Origin: an uncultured Gemmatimonadaceae bacterium
GTDB lineage: Bacteria; Gemmatimonadota; Gemmatimonadetes; Gemmatimonadales; Gemmatimonadaceae
Direction: 5' to 3'
Length of the DNA: 64,000 bases
Assembly: GCA_963728115.1 (NCBI GenBank)
Contig: CAVSJE010000004.1
Span: 30,982-94,981 of the forward strand
Every line of letters begins with the position of its first letter. Positions within the stretch are counted from its first letter, which is position 1. This document shows positions 16,934 through 25,609 of this stretch, piece by piece. A program made the translations under genes and the position numbers. The notes under the pieces are model-generated. The model was not told the origin of the DNA and did no database searches. It worked only from the letters and a program-made list of their open reading frames with translations.

Positions 16934-18003
16934 CCAGCGTCGTCAACGAGGCCGCCGTCCGCGCGCATTCCGGACGCCGCGACCCCACGATCGTCATGAA
17001 GCACGGCGCCGGCGGGCGGGCCATGCGGCGCCTCATTCAGGAGACGCTGACGCGCGGCTTCGTCGACGTCGAGGTGGACGGCTTCGGCATCGCCGCCATG
17101 GACGACGGTGCGGCGCTGCGCGTGGGCGATCGCTGGCTCATCGTCACCACCGACTCCCACGTCGTGCAGCCGGTGTTCTTTCCCGGCGGTGACATCGGCC
17201 GCCTGGCCATCGCCGGCACGGTGAACGATCTGGCGATGATGGGCGCCACCGAACCGATGGGCCTCACCTGCGCGCTGATCGTCGAGGAGGGATTCACCTT
17301 CCCGAACCTGGAGCGCGTGCAGCAATCGATGTTCGAGACCTGCCGTCAGGCCGGCACCACGGTGGTCACGGGCGACACGAAGGTCATGGGGCGCGGCGAG
17401 CTGGACGGCGTGGTCATCAATACCACGGGCGTCGCGATGACCGACACCCTCGTCCGCGACTCGGGGCTTCAGGTGGGCGACCACCTCATCGTCACCGGCA
17501 CCGTCGGCGACCACGGCATGGCGCTCATGGTACACCGGCACCGGCTGCAGATCGACGCCGAGCTCAGGTCCGACGTCGCGCCGCTCAACCACATGATCCG
17601 CGACGCGCTCCGCGCGCGGCCGGGCGCCGTGGTGGCGATGAAGGATCCCACCCGCGGGGGCCTCTCCAGCGCCCTGCACGAGATGGCCGAGAAGGCGGGC
17701 GTCGGCATCCTCGTCCGCGAGGCGGACGTGCCGGTGAACCCGGTGGTGGCCGCGGCCGCCGAGATGCTGGGCCTCGATCCGCTGCACGTGGCCAACGAGG
17801 GCAAGGCGGTGATCGGCGTGCGCGGCGACGAGGCGACGGTCGAGGCCGTGCTTGCGGCGCTGCGCCGGCATCCCGAAGGCGCGAACGCCGCGGTGATCGG
17901 CACCTGCGTGCCGACGCGGCCCGGCGACGTGGTGCTCGATACGGGACTCGGCAAGCGACTGCTCTCGGAGTACGAGGGTGAACTGCTCCCCCGCATCTGC
18001 TGA
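16930..18003 (+). CDS. hypE: Hydrogenase maturation carbamoyl dehydratase HypE
   Basis: The ATG at 16930 overlaps the hypD stop as ATGA. It has an AIR-synthase-like fold and ends with the diagnostic ...ELLPRIC. Confidence 0.95.
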   Translation: MTSVVNEAAVRAHSGRRDPTIVMKHGAGGRAMRRLIQETLTRGFVDVEVDGFGIAAMDDGAALRVGDRWLIVTTDSHVVQPVFFPGGDIGRLAIAGTVNDLAMMGATEPMGLTCALIVEEGFTFPNLERVQQSMFETCRQAGTTVVTGDTKVMGRGELDGVVINTTGVAMTDTLVRDSGLQVGDHLIVTGTVGDHGMALMVHRHRLQIDAELRSDVAPLNHMIRDALRARPGAVVAMKDPTRGGLSSALHEMAEKAGVGILVREADVPVNPVVAAAAEMLGLDPLHVANEGKAVIGVRGDEATVEAVLAALRRHPEGANAAVIGTCVPTRPGDVVLDTGLGKRLLSEYEGELLPRIC

Positions 18004-18012
18004 GGACGCGCC

Positions 18013-18855
18013 ATGGCCATGGAACACATCCACATCGAACGCGACGGCCCGGTGGGCACGCTGGTGATCGACCGGCCGGCGCGGTTCAACTCCATGGACG
18101 TCGAGACGGCGCGCGACTTCCGGAAGGCCGGGCTGCAACTGGCGCGCGACCGGGACGTGCGGTGCGTGATCGTGCGCGGCACCAACGGCATCTTCTGCAG
18201 CGGCGCTGACCTCAAGTACATCCGGGCGCAGGGATCGCAGGAGGACTTCGGCTACCTGCGGCCCGAGGGCACCGCCGAGCCGCCGGGATTCGGCGAGGGG
18301 TTCAAGGAGATTCTCGAGTATCTGCACAGCACGATCTCGGAGATCAAGCGGGCCCCGAAGCCGTTCATCGCCGCCGTGGACGGGGTGGCCGCCGCCGGCG
18401 GGTTCGGCATCGCCATGGCGTGCGACCTCGTGTTCGCGTCGGACGACGCCACCTTCGAGTGGGCGTACCACAAGACCGGACTCACGGGCGCCGAGAGCTC
18501 CACGTTCTTCCTCCCCCGCCTGCTGGGGCTGCGGATGGCGATGGGCCTCGTACTGCTCAACCCCCGGCTGTCGGCGGCCGAAGCCAGGGACATGCGGCTC
18601 ATCAACGACGTCCTCCCCCGCGAGCGCTTCGCGGCCGATGTGATGGAGATCGCCCAGCGCATTGCGGCCGGCCCCACGGCGTCGTTCGCCGTCGCCAAGC
18701 AGCTCATCAACCGGGCGGCCGGCGTCGAACAGTTGGACTATCACCTCGACGAGGAATTGCAGCACCTGACCCGCTCCGCCGACGGCGCGGACTTCTCCGA
18801 GGGGCTCAACGCCTTCTTCGGCAAGCGCGCCGCCGTGTTCGAGGGCCAGGGATGA
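18013..18855 (+). CDS. Enoyl-CoA hydratase/isomerase (crotonase) superfamily protein, apparently lacking the hydratase catalytic Glu pair
   Basis: 280 aa with crotonase motifs: FCSGADLK and AAVDGVAAAGGFGIAMACDL. It starts only 9 nt after the hypE stop. Confidence 0.85.
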   Translation: MAMEHIHIERDGPVGTLVIDRPARFNSMDVETARDFRKAGLQLARDRDVRCVIVRGTNGIFCSGADLKYIRAQGSQEDFGYLRPEGTAEPPGFGEGFKEILEYLHSTISEIKRAPKPFIAAVDGVAAAGGFGIAMACDLVFASDDATFEWAYHKTGLTGAESSTFFLPRLLGLRMAMGLVLLNPRLSAAEARDMRLINDVLPRERFAADVMEIAQRIAAGPTASFAVAKQLINRAAGVEQLDYHLDEELQHLTRSADGADFSEGLNAFFGKRAAVFEGQG

Positions 18856-19256
18856 TGCATGACACCGTCGTAGCGCCGCGCGTGGCGGAGTCGATGACTG
18901 GAAGCTGGCCGGGGCCCGGTGCCACGGGGTTCAGCGTGCCGTTGACGTGGCCGCGCGAGGCATCGCGCGAGTGCTGCACGACCACCGGTCGCCGTCAGGC
19001 CGCCTGGATCACCTGGCGGCCCGGACCGATGGTGCCGTACACGCCCACCGGGGACGCGCCCCTGAGCACCAGCCGGGCGTCGCACTACGCCATCCTCCAC
19101 GTTGCTCCGCCCGCTCCCGTCATCCTGCCGTCGCTGCCGCTGCCGGTCCGGTCCAGCTTCGATACCCTGGCGGCCGGCCGCCTCGCAGCACTCCGGGCGG
19201 CGGTGCGACGGCTGGCCGTTCGCGCCGCGATCGTCAGGGCTTCGGGCGTCAACTAG
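18852..19256 (+). CDS. Hypothetical protein (134 aa) translationally coupled to the crotonase gene
   Basis: The ATG overlaps the crotonase stop as ATGA. This frame has about 87% GC3 by my count, and the minus frame that shares third positions contains stops. No domain is recognisable; the protein is rich in P, W, T and R. Confidence 0.3.
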   Translation: MMHDTVVAPRVAESMTGSWPGPGATGFSVPLTWPREASRECCTTTGRRQAAWITWRPGPMVPYTPTGDAPLSTSRASHYAILHVAPPAPVILPSLPLPVRSSFDTLAAGRLAALRAAVRRLAVRAAIVRASGVN

Positions 19257-19425
19257 TCCCGCGCCGGGCGCCCGCGCGGCGCCCACCAACCACCGGGCGC
19301 GGCCCGGTCGGTGAAACCCCGACGGTTTCGGGGCACAGTCCCGATGCCTCCCCCCGCCGCTGCACCGGTAACTACACAGTACGGCCGAAGGCCCGCTGGG
19401 GAGCCCGGACACAGGGGAGCGAGCG

Positions 19426-19785
19426 ATGATGAGATCGAGCAAGAGGCAGGCAATGGCCGCCGCCGATCCGTCGGCCCTGGATGCACTGCTCGACGCGGAA
19501 CGCGCGGTATCGGCCGCCCTCCAGGAGGCGGAGCGGGAAGCCGCGCGCCTCGTGCACGATGCCCGCGATGCCGCGCGAGTGGCCGACGAACGCGCCGCGC
19601 GCGAACTCGAGGAGACCCTGCGCCTGCTCGACCTGCAGGCCGCCCGGCAGCGCGACGCGGATGAGCGCGAGATTCGCGCCGACGCGGAACGGCGCCGCGA
19701 GTTGTACGCGGGCGCGGACGATGCGCGCATTGCCGAGATCGCCGCGCGACTGGCGGCGGCGGTCGCCCCCGTTGCGCCGCCATGA
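19426..19785 (+). CDS. A/V-type ATPase peripheral-stalk subunit (G/H-like coiled coil)
   Basis: 119 aa, Ala/Arg/Glu-rich and predicted helical. It is the first gene of the operon and overlaps the subunit I gene as ATGA. Confidence 0.55.
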   Translation: MMRSSKRQAMAAADPSALDALLDAERAVSAALQEAEREAARLVHDARDAARVADERAARELEETLRLLDLQAARQRDADEREIRADAERRRELYAGADDARIAEIAARLAAAVAPVAPP

Positions 19786-21686
19786 TCATCCCCATGGCAC
19801 GCGTGCGCGTACTCGGCCCCAAGGACCGGTTCGACGCCGCGCTCGGCGCCGTGCAGGACTTCGGCCAGCTCCAGCTGGCCGAGGCCCCGGCGCGCGCCGG
19901 CGTGGAGGCGGCGCGCCTGGAACCCGACATCGAGCGGCGCCGCGCTCAACTGACCCGCGTACTCGACGAGGTGGACGAGGCGCTGCGGTTGCTCGACGCC
20001 GCGGCCGCGCTGCCGAACACGCGCGGGGCAACGGTGGACGACTTCGCGCACTGGGCCCGGCTGGCCAATCGCTCGGCGCGGGACGCACGCGCCCTCCGCC
20101 AGCGAGAGAGCGCGTTGGGCGAGGAACGCGCCCTCATCACCCGCTACCGGGATTTCCTGTCCGCCATCCTGCCCGCGGTGCGAAAGGTGGCGGGTTCGCC
20201 GCGCCTCACGAGCCACGCGGTCGTGGTGCCGGCATCGGCACGCGCAACGGTAGAGGCGCTGGCGGGTGCGTTGCGCGACCAGCTCGGCGCCGCGTTCACG
20301 ATGACGACGCACGACCTGCCGGGGGGCGACCTCGCCGTGCTGCTGGTGCTGCCGCGGGAATTCAGCGACAAGCTGGACGCCCGATTGGCCGAGGCCCGGG
20401 TGCCCGAAGTGCCGCTACCCGAAGGCTACCGGAACATGCCGCTCGAGCAGGCCGTGCCCAGGATGCTCGCCCGCCTGGTAGAGATTCCGGATGAGATCGC
20501 CGCGTGCGGACGCGAGCGACGGGCGCTGGCGGCGGCGCGCGGACCGGAACTGCGCCGCGCCCGGGCCGCGATCGAGGATTGGCTGGCGGCCGTTCAGGCC
20601 CACGAGCGGGCCGCGATGACCCGGTTCGCGTTCGCCATCGAAGGGTGGCTCCCCGAGCGCAGCGTGGCCGAACTCGCACGCCGCGTGACCGGCGCCGCCG
20701 GCCCCGCGGTCGTGGTCGAGACCGTGGCCCGGGAACAATGGGGCTCCGATGACGCGCCCGTCGTGCTCTCCAACCCGCGGCTGTTTCGTCCATTCGAGAA
20801 GCTGATCGCGCTGCTGCCGCTGCCGAAGTACGGCACGATCGACCCGACGCCGTTCGTGGCCGTGTTCTTCCCGCTGATCTTCGGCATGATGCTGGGTGAT
20901 GTCGGGTACGGCGTCCTGCTCGCCGTCCTGGCGCTCGCGCTGCACGCCAGAGCGAAGCCGGGATCGCTGCTCCGGACCGCCGCCGAGATCGCCGGCCCCT
21001 GCGCGGCGTTCGCGATCATCTTCGGTGTACTGTTCGGAGAATACTTCGGCGATCTCGGGACGCGCCTGTTCGGGATTCACCCGATCATCTTCGACCGCGA
21101 GACGGCGGTCTTCGCCACGCTCGCCCTGGCCGTGGGGCTGGGCGTCGCCCACGTCGTGCTCGGGCTCGTGCTCGGGGCGATCACGGCATTCGCCCGCGAA
21201 CCCAAACAGGCCCTCGGGCGCGGGGTCTCGGCCCTCATGGTGCTCCTGGTCGTCGCCGCACTGCTCGCCGCGTTCGAGGTGCTCCCCTCGCGGCTGTTCA
21301 CCCCGGCCGTGATCGCCCTGTTCGTGGTCTTTCCCGTGCTCGTGTTCGCCGAGGGGCTGATTGCGCCGGTGGAGCTGTTGGCGACACTCGGGAACGTGCT
21401 CTCCTATGCGCGTATCATGGCCATCGGCACGGCATCGGTGATGCTCGCGATCGTCGCCAACCAGATGGTGGGAGCGGTGGGAAGCACGATCGTCGGGCTG
21501 GTATTCGCGCTGCTGTTTCACCTCGTGAATTTCGCGATCGGGCTGTTCAGCCCGGCCATTCACGCGCTCCGCCTCCACTACGTGGAGTTCTTTGGAAAAT
21601 TCTACAGCCCGGGTGGGCGCCCGTACGAGCCGTTCGGACACCGACTGGCGCCGCCCGCATCCGAATCCTCGAGGAGAGCCTCATGA
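19782..21686 (+). CDS. ntpI: A/V-type ATPase subunit I (a-subunit, proton channel)
   Basis: 634 aa. It has a soluble N-terminal half (MIIPMARVRVLGPKDRF...) and a polytopic C-terminal half containing LSYARIMAIG. Confidence 0.9.
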   Translation: MIIPMARVRVLGPKDRFDAALGAVQDFGQLQLAEAPARAGVEAARLEPDIERRRAQLTRVLDEVDEALRLLDAAAALPNTRGATVDDFAHWARLANRSARDARALRQRESALGEERALITRYRDFLSAILPAVRKVAGSPRLTSHAVVVPASARATVEALAGALRDQLGAAFTMTTHDLPGGDLAVLLVLPREFSDKLDARLAEARVPEVPLPEGYRNMPLEQAVPRMLARLVEIPDEIAACGRERRALAAARGPELRRARAAIEDWLAAVQAHERAAMTRFAFAIEGWLPERSVAELARRVTGAAGPAVVVETVAREQWGSDDAPVVLSNPRLFRPFEKLIALLPLPKYGTIDPTPFVAVFFPLIFGMMLGDVGYGVLLAVLALALHARAKPGSLLRTAAEIAGPCAAFAIIFGVLFGEYFGDLGTRLFGIHPIIFDRETAVFATLALAVGLGVAHVVLGLVLGAITAFAREPKQALGRGVSALMVLLVVAALLAAFEVLPSRLFTPAVIALFVVFPVLVFAEGLIAPVELLATLGNVLSYARIMAIGTASVMLAIVANQMVGAVGSTIVGLVFALLFHLVNFAIGLFSPAIHALRLHYVEFFGKFYSPGGRPYEPFGHRLAPPASESSRRAS

Positions 21687-21907
21687 ACATGATGTGGATC
21701 GTGATCAGCGCGGCCGCCGTGCTCAGCGTCGCGGCCCTGGCCACCGCCTGGGCCCAATCGAAGATCGGAACGGCCGGCGCGGCGGCGCTCGCCGAGAAGC
21801 CGGAGCTGGCCGGCACGATCATCGTGCTCGTTGCCATTCCGGAAACGATGGTCATCCTCGGGTTCATCGTCGCCGTTCTGATCATCCTGCGCGCCGGCGG
21901 AGCGTAG
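21683..21907 (+). CDS. ntpK: A/V-type ATPase proteolipid subunit K/L (single hairpin)
   Basis: 74 aa with two TM helices. The conserved carboxylate lies in AIPETMVILGF. Confidence 0.85.
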   Translation: MNMMWIVISAAAVLSVAALATAWAQSKIGTAGAAALAEKPELAGTIIVLVAIPETMVILGFIVAVLIILRAGGA

Positions 21908-21910
21908 GGG

Positions 21911-22510
21911 ATGCCGGCGGAAGCCGGGCCGCTGCTCGCCGAACTGCAACGAGACGCGGAGCGCATGATGGCGACGCGGGCCGCCGAGGCCCGCGCCGAG
22001 GCCGCGCGCATCCGCGACTCGGCCGCCATGCAGCGGGAGCGGCGGCGGGCGGCGAGCGTGGGGGAACGCGAGCAGATGTTGGCCCAGCGGCGTGAGGCCG
22101 CGCGCGCCGCGGTGGTTCAGAGCACGTTGCACGACGTCCTCACCGCGCGCGAAGCGTTCGTGACGCGCGCGTTCGCGGAAGCCGAGCGCCAGCTGGATGC
22201 GCTTTCCGCTTCGCCCGACCTCGCGGATCGCCTGGCTCCACTGGTGGCCCAGGCACTGGCCTTTCTGGATGCCGACGACCTTCGGGCGCGCTGCGCGGCA
22301 CCGGCGCGCGCGGCCGTGCAGGGGGCGCTCGCCTCCGCCGGGTGTGCCGGGGTGCCCATCGAGCTCGACGCGACGGTGGCCACGGGGGCCGTGCTCGAGA
22401 ACGCGGCGGGTACCGTTCGCGTGGACGCCACCCTGGCCGCGCGCCTGCGCCGCCTGAAGCCCACGCTCGCCATCGATGCCGTCCGTCAGCTCGAGGGGGC
22501 GACACCATGA
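21911..22510 (+). CDS. A/V-type ATPase subunit E
   Basis: 199 aa with a long N-terminal charged helix followed by a globular C-terminus. Its position in the operon also supports the call. Confidence 0.75.
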   Translation: MPAEAGPLLAELQRDAERMMATRAAEARAEAARIRDSAAMQRERRRAASVGEREQMLAQRREAARAAVVQSTLHDVLTAREAFVTRAFAEAERQLDALSASPDLADRLAPLVAQALAFLDADDLRARCAAPARAAVQGALASAGCAGVPIELDATVATGAVLENAAGTVRVDATLAARLRRLKPTLAIDAVRQLEGATP

Positions 22511-23520
22511 ACCGCTGGGGCCCGTTGCTCACGCGTGCCCGCGGGCTCGGCGGCCACCTGCTCACGCCGGCCACGATGCGCGTGCTGGTTGCGGCCGGCG
22601 ATCGCCGGGCATTCACCGGCACGCTCGTGGGCATCGGATACCTGGCCTTCGCGCCCAACGCGCCGCCGCCCGACGAGCGAGCGCTCGAGGGCGCCATCCG
22701 CCGCGTCGCCGCGCGCCGGTTCGCGGTGCTGGAGCGGTGGAGCCGTGAGGCCGGAGACGTACTGCGGCCGGTGATCGCCGACGAGGAGCGGCGCTCGATT
22801 CGCGCCATCGCGCGCGGAGCGATGGGCAGTGTGGCCCCGGCGCTCCGCACCGCCGGTCTCATTCCGACGACGCGACTTCCGGCGCGGGCCCTCGACGAAC
22901 TGGCGTTGCTGAACGACCTCGGCGCCATCGGCGCGGCCCTGATCACGCTCGGGCATCCGTGGGGGGCCGTAGTCGCCGATCAGGCCCGACGCGAGCGGCC
23001 GGATCCGTTCGCGCTCGATCAGGCCCTGGTTGCCGCGTGGGCGACGGGTGCCGTGCACGCGACCCGACATGGCGACCGTGCACTGCGCCGGTACGTCGAG
23101 CGCGGCGTGGACCTGGTGAACGCCACCGCCGCCCGGCTGCTTGCCGAGCAGCGTGCGGACGCCGAGCCGGAGGCGATGTTCGTCCCCGGTGGCCGCGTGG
23201 TGACGCTCGACGACCTGCGCTACGCCGCCACCACCGCGAACCTCGATGCGCTGCGCGACCGCATGCACTCCCGGGTGGGTGGCACCCCGCTGGCGCCGGC
23301 CGTCGAGCCCGGCTCGGAATCTCCGGACGATGCCGTCCAGCACGCCCTGCTCGCCGAATTTCGCGCGTTGGCGCGGCGCGAGCCGCTCGGGTTGGCGCCG
23401 GCGCTCGTGTACGTGATGCGCCTTCGCGCCGAGTTCCGGGCGCTGCAACGGATCCTCTGGCAACTGTCGCTGGGCGTCCCCGTCGCGCTTCGGAGCCGCG
23501 AATGGGAGACGGCGGCATGA
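22507..23520 (+). CDS. A/V-type ATPase subunit C (d)
   Basis: 337 aa, predicted helical. It has ATGA overlaps at both ends. The call rests on operon position. Confidence 0.78.
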   Translation: MNRWGPLLTRARGLGGHLLTPATMRVLVAAGDRRAFTGTLVGIGYLAFAPNAPPPDERALEGAIRRVAARRFAVLERWSREAGDVLRPVIADEERRSIRAIARGAMGSVAPALRTAGLIPTTRLPARALDELALLNDLGAIGAALITLGHPWGAVVADQARRERPDPFALDQALVAAWATGAVHATRHGDRALRRYVERGVDLVNATAARLLAEQRADAEPEAMFVPGGRVVTLDDLRYAATTANLDALRDRMHSRVGGTPLAPAVEPGSESPDDAVQHALLAEFRALARREPLGLAPALVYVMRLRAEFRALQRILWQLSLGVPVALRSREWETAA

Positions 23521-23846
23521 GCTATCGAGTGCGCGCCGTCGCCTCCCCCGCGCTCGCGGCGGGACTTCGCCTGGCCGGGGTGCCGGTGGACGAGGCCGAG
23601 ACCGTGCTCGCGACCGCCGACCGCATGGCCGCGCTCGCCGCGCAACCGGATGTGGGGATCGTCCTCGTCGAGCAACCGCTCTTCGACGCCCTTCCCGCGG
23701 CCGTGCGGCACGAACTCGAGAATCGCGCCCTGCCCATCGTCGTGCCCGTGCCCCACGCCACATGGGGTGCACCCGCCGACCGCGCCGAAGCCTATATCCT
23801 GGAGCTGCTGCGCCGGGCGATCGGGTATCGGGTACGGCTGCAATGA
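23517..23846 (+). CDS. A/V-type ATPase subunit F
   Basis: 109 aa with the sequence VGIVLVEQPLFDALP...LPIVVPVP, which is typical of subunit F. Confidence 0.8.
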   Translation: MSYRVRAVASPALAAGLRLAGVPVDEAETVLATADRMAALAAQPDVGIVLVEQPLFDALPAAVRHELENRALPIVVPVPHATWGAPADRAEAYILELLRRAIGYRVRLQ

Positions 23847-25609
23847 ACGCCGCCGTCACCCGTATCGCCGGTGCGCTCGTCGAGGCGCGCCCCTGCGCTC
23901 CCGCGCTCTACGAGTTGGCGTACGTGGGCGAGCATCGGCTCCTGGCCGAGGTCGTCCGCCTGCAGGGAGACCTCGCCACACTGCAGGTCTACGAGGACAC
24001 GACGGGACTCCGGCTCGGCGCCCCGGTGGAGTTCTCGGGCACCACGCTCACGGCACAGCTCGGCCCGGGGCTGCTCGGCGCGGTGCTCGACGGCGTGGGC
24101 CGGCCGCTGGCCCGGGTCGCCGAAGCGACCGGCGATTTCATCGCGCCCGGCGCCGCCGCCGACACGCTGGATCCCGGCGACCTCTGGGCGTTCACGGCAA
24201 CGGTCGACGCAGGAACCACCGTGGGTCCCGGAGACGTACTCGGCACCGTTCCCGAACGCGCCGGCTTCACGCATCGGGTGCTGGTTCCGCCCGACGTTCG
24301 GGGCCGGGTGGCGCGGCTGGTCTCCGGCTCGTACCACGTGGGTGAAGTGATCGGCGAACTCGACGACGGCACGCCGCTGCGGCTCGCCCATCGATGGCCG
24401 GTCCGGATTCCCCGCCCCGTCGCCGAGCGACTGGGGTACGAACGCCCCTTCGTTACGGGTCAGCGCGTCTTCGATCTCTTCTTTCCGGTGGCCGAAGGAG
24501 GAAACGCGGCCGTGCCGGGAGGCTTCGGCACCGGCAAGACGATCATCGAACAGTCGCTGGCCAAGCATGCCGACGCCGACATCATCGTGTACGTGGGATG
24601 CGGAGAGCGTGGCAACGAGATGACCGACGTGCTCACCGAATTCCCGGCGCTCGTCGACCCGCGCACGGGTCGTGCGCTGATGGAACGGGCCGTGCTCGTC
24701 GCCAACACCTCCAACATGCCGGTGGCGGCGCGGGAAGCGAGCATCTACGTCGGCGTCACGATCGCCGAGTACTTTCGCGACCAGGGCTGCCGGGTGGCGT
24801 TGATGATCGACAGCACGTCGCGGTGGGCCGAAGCCCTGCGCGAGATGGCCGCCCGCCTGCAGGAGATGCCGGGAGAGGAGGGGTATCCCACCTACCTGGC
24901 CAGCCGCCTGGGGCAGTTCTTCGAGCGTGCGGGCCGCGCACGGGTGAACGGCGTTCCCGAGCGCGGCGGAGCGGTCACGATCATCGGCGCGGTCTCGCCG
25001 CCGGGTGGAGACTTCTCGGAGCCGGTCACGCAGGCATCGCTGCGCGTGGCCGGCGCGATGTGGGCGCTCGACCCCGCGCTGGCGCACCAGCGCCACTTTC
25101 CCGCCGTCGACTGGGAGACGAGCTACTCGCTCTACGTGGAGCGCATCGCGCCCTGGTTCACCGACCAGACCGGCGCCGATTGGCCGGCGGTGCGCGTGGG
25201 CCTCATGGATCTCATGCAGCGCGAGCGGGAGCTGCGCGACATCGCGAGCCTCGTGGGCCCCGATGCGCTCGAAGACACCGACCGTCTCACCATGGCCTGC
25301 GCCGACCTGGTGCGCGACGTCGTCCTGCGGCAGAACGCGTTCCATGAACACGACGCACGGTCGAGCGTGCAGAAGACCCACGCCCTCGCCGGCGGGGCGT
25401 TGGAAGCGCACCGCGCCGGCGTGCGGGCGCTGGAGGCCGGCACCGCCTTCGCCGCGCTCGACCTGGCGCCGGTTCGCCGCGCCCTGAGCGCGCTTCGCGA
25501 CTGCCCGGAAGCGGAGGTCGCCGCACGCGCCGCCGAGGCCATGGCCGCCGCGCGCCGCCTCTCGCCGGCGGGCGCCGCCGCGGCGAAACCCGCGGGAGCC
25601 ACGACATGA
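23843..25609 (+). CDS. ntpA: A/V-type ATPase catalytic subunit A
   Basis: 588 aa with Walker A PGGFGTGKT and the motifs CGERGNEM and LMIDSTSRWAEALREM. Confidence 0.96.
   Translation: MNAAVTRIAGALVEARPCAPALYELAYVGEHRLLAEVVRLQGDLATLQVYEDTTGLRLGAPVEFSGTTLTAQLGPGLLGAVLDGVGRPLARVAEATGDFIAPGAAADTLDPGDLWAFTATVDAGTTVGPGDVLGTVPERAGFTHRVLVPPDVRGRVARLVSGSYHVGEVIGELDDGTPLRLAHRWPVRIPRPVAERLGYERPFVTGQRVFDLFFPVAEGGNAAVPGGFGTGKTIIEQSLAKHADADIIVYVGCGERGNEMTDVLTEFPALVDPRTGRALMERAVLVANTSNMPVAAREASIYVGVTIAEYFRDQGCRVALMIDSTSRWAEALREMAARLQEMPGEEGYPTYLASRLGQFFERAGRARVNGVPERGGAVTIIGAVSPPGGDFSEPVTQASLRVAGAMWALDPALAHQRHFPAVDWETSYSLYVERIAPWFTDQTGADWPAVRVGLMDLMQRERELRDIASLVGPDALEDTDRLTMACADLVRDVVLRQNAFHEHDARSSVQKTHALAGGALEAHRAGVRALEAGTAFAALDLAPVRRALSALRDCPEAEVAARAAEAMAAARRLSPAGAAAAKPAGATT

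Noticed and set aside
15892-18003. ORF-track entries much longer than the real genes: 15892-18003 (703 aa), 38428-40962 (844 aa), 54767-57616 (949 aa), 57619-60639 (1006 aa), 49985-52171, 22342-23520 and 47098-48678.
   Set aside because: Only the 3' portions are genuine (hypE, the 9-haem cytochrome, xylB, GH3, feoB, ATPase subunit C and the 11-haem cytochrome). The 5' extensions overlap the upstream gene out of frame and lack motifs. The real starts are marked by ATGA/GTGA overlaps, signal peptides or SD sequences.
16096-18765. Other very long antisense ORFs: 16096-18765 (889 aa), 4993-6993, 25132-26859, 29170-31605, 40715-42988, 49997-52135, 55931-58696 and 61409-63904.
   Set aside because: The reasoning is the same. 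Each lies opposite a gene with strong family signatures (hypD/E, hupL, ATPase A/B, ccoNO, the 21-haem cytochrome, feoB, xylB/GntR/GH3 and the BNR protein). Each translates to repetitive R/G/A/P/H-rich sequence.
19313-19332. A small hairpin (GAAACC/GGTTTC or CCCCGA/TCGGGG) upstream of the ATPase operon, considered as a terminator.
   Set aside because: The stems are only 6 bp, no U-tract follows, and the structures are ambiguous.
21683-21907. Possible Na+ coupling of the A/V-ATPase, inferred from the PET motif of the c-subunit.
   Set aside because: As I recall, the same Q...PET arrangement is present in the Thermus proteolipid, which is proton-coupled. The motif alone is not diagnostic.
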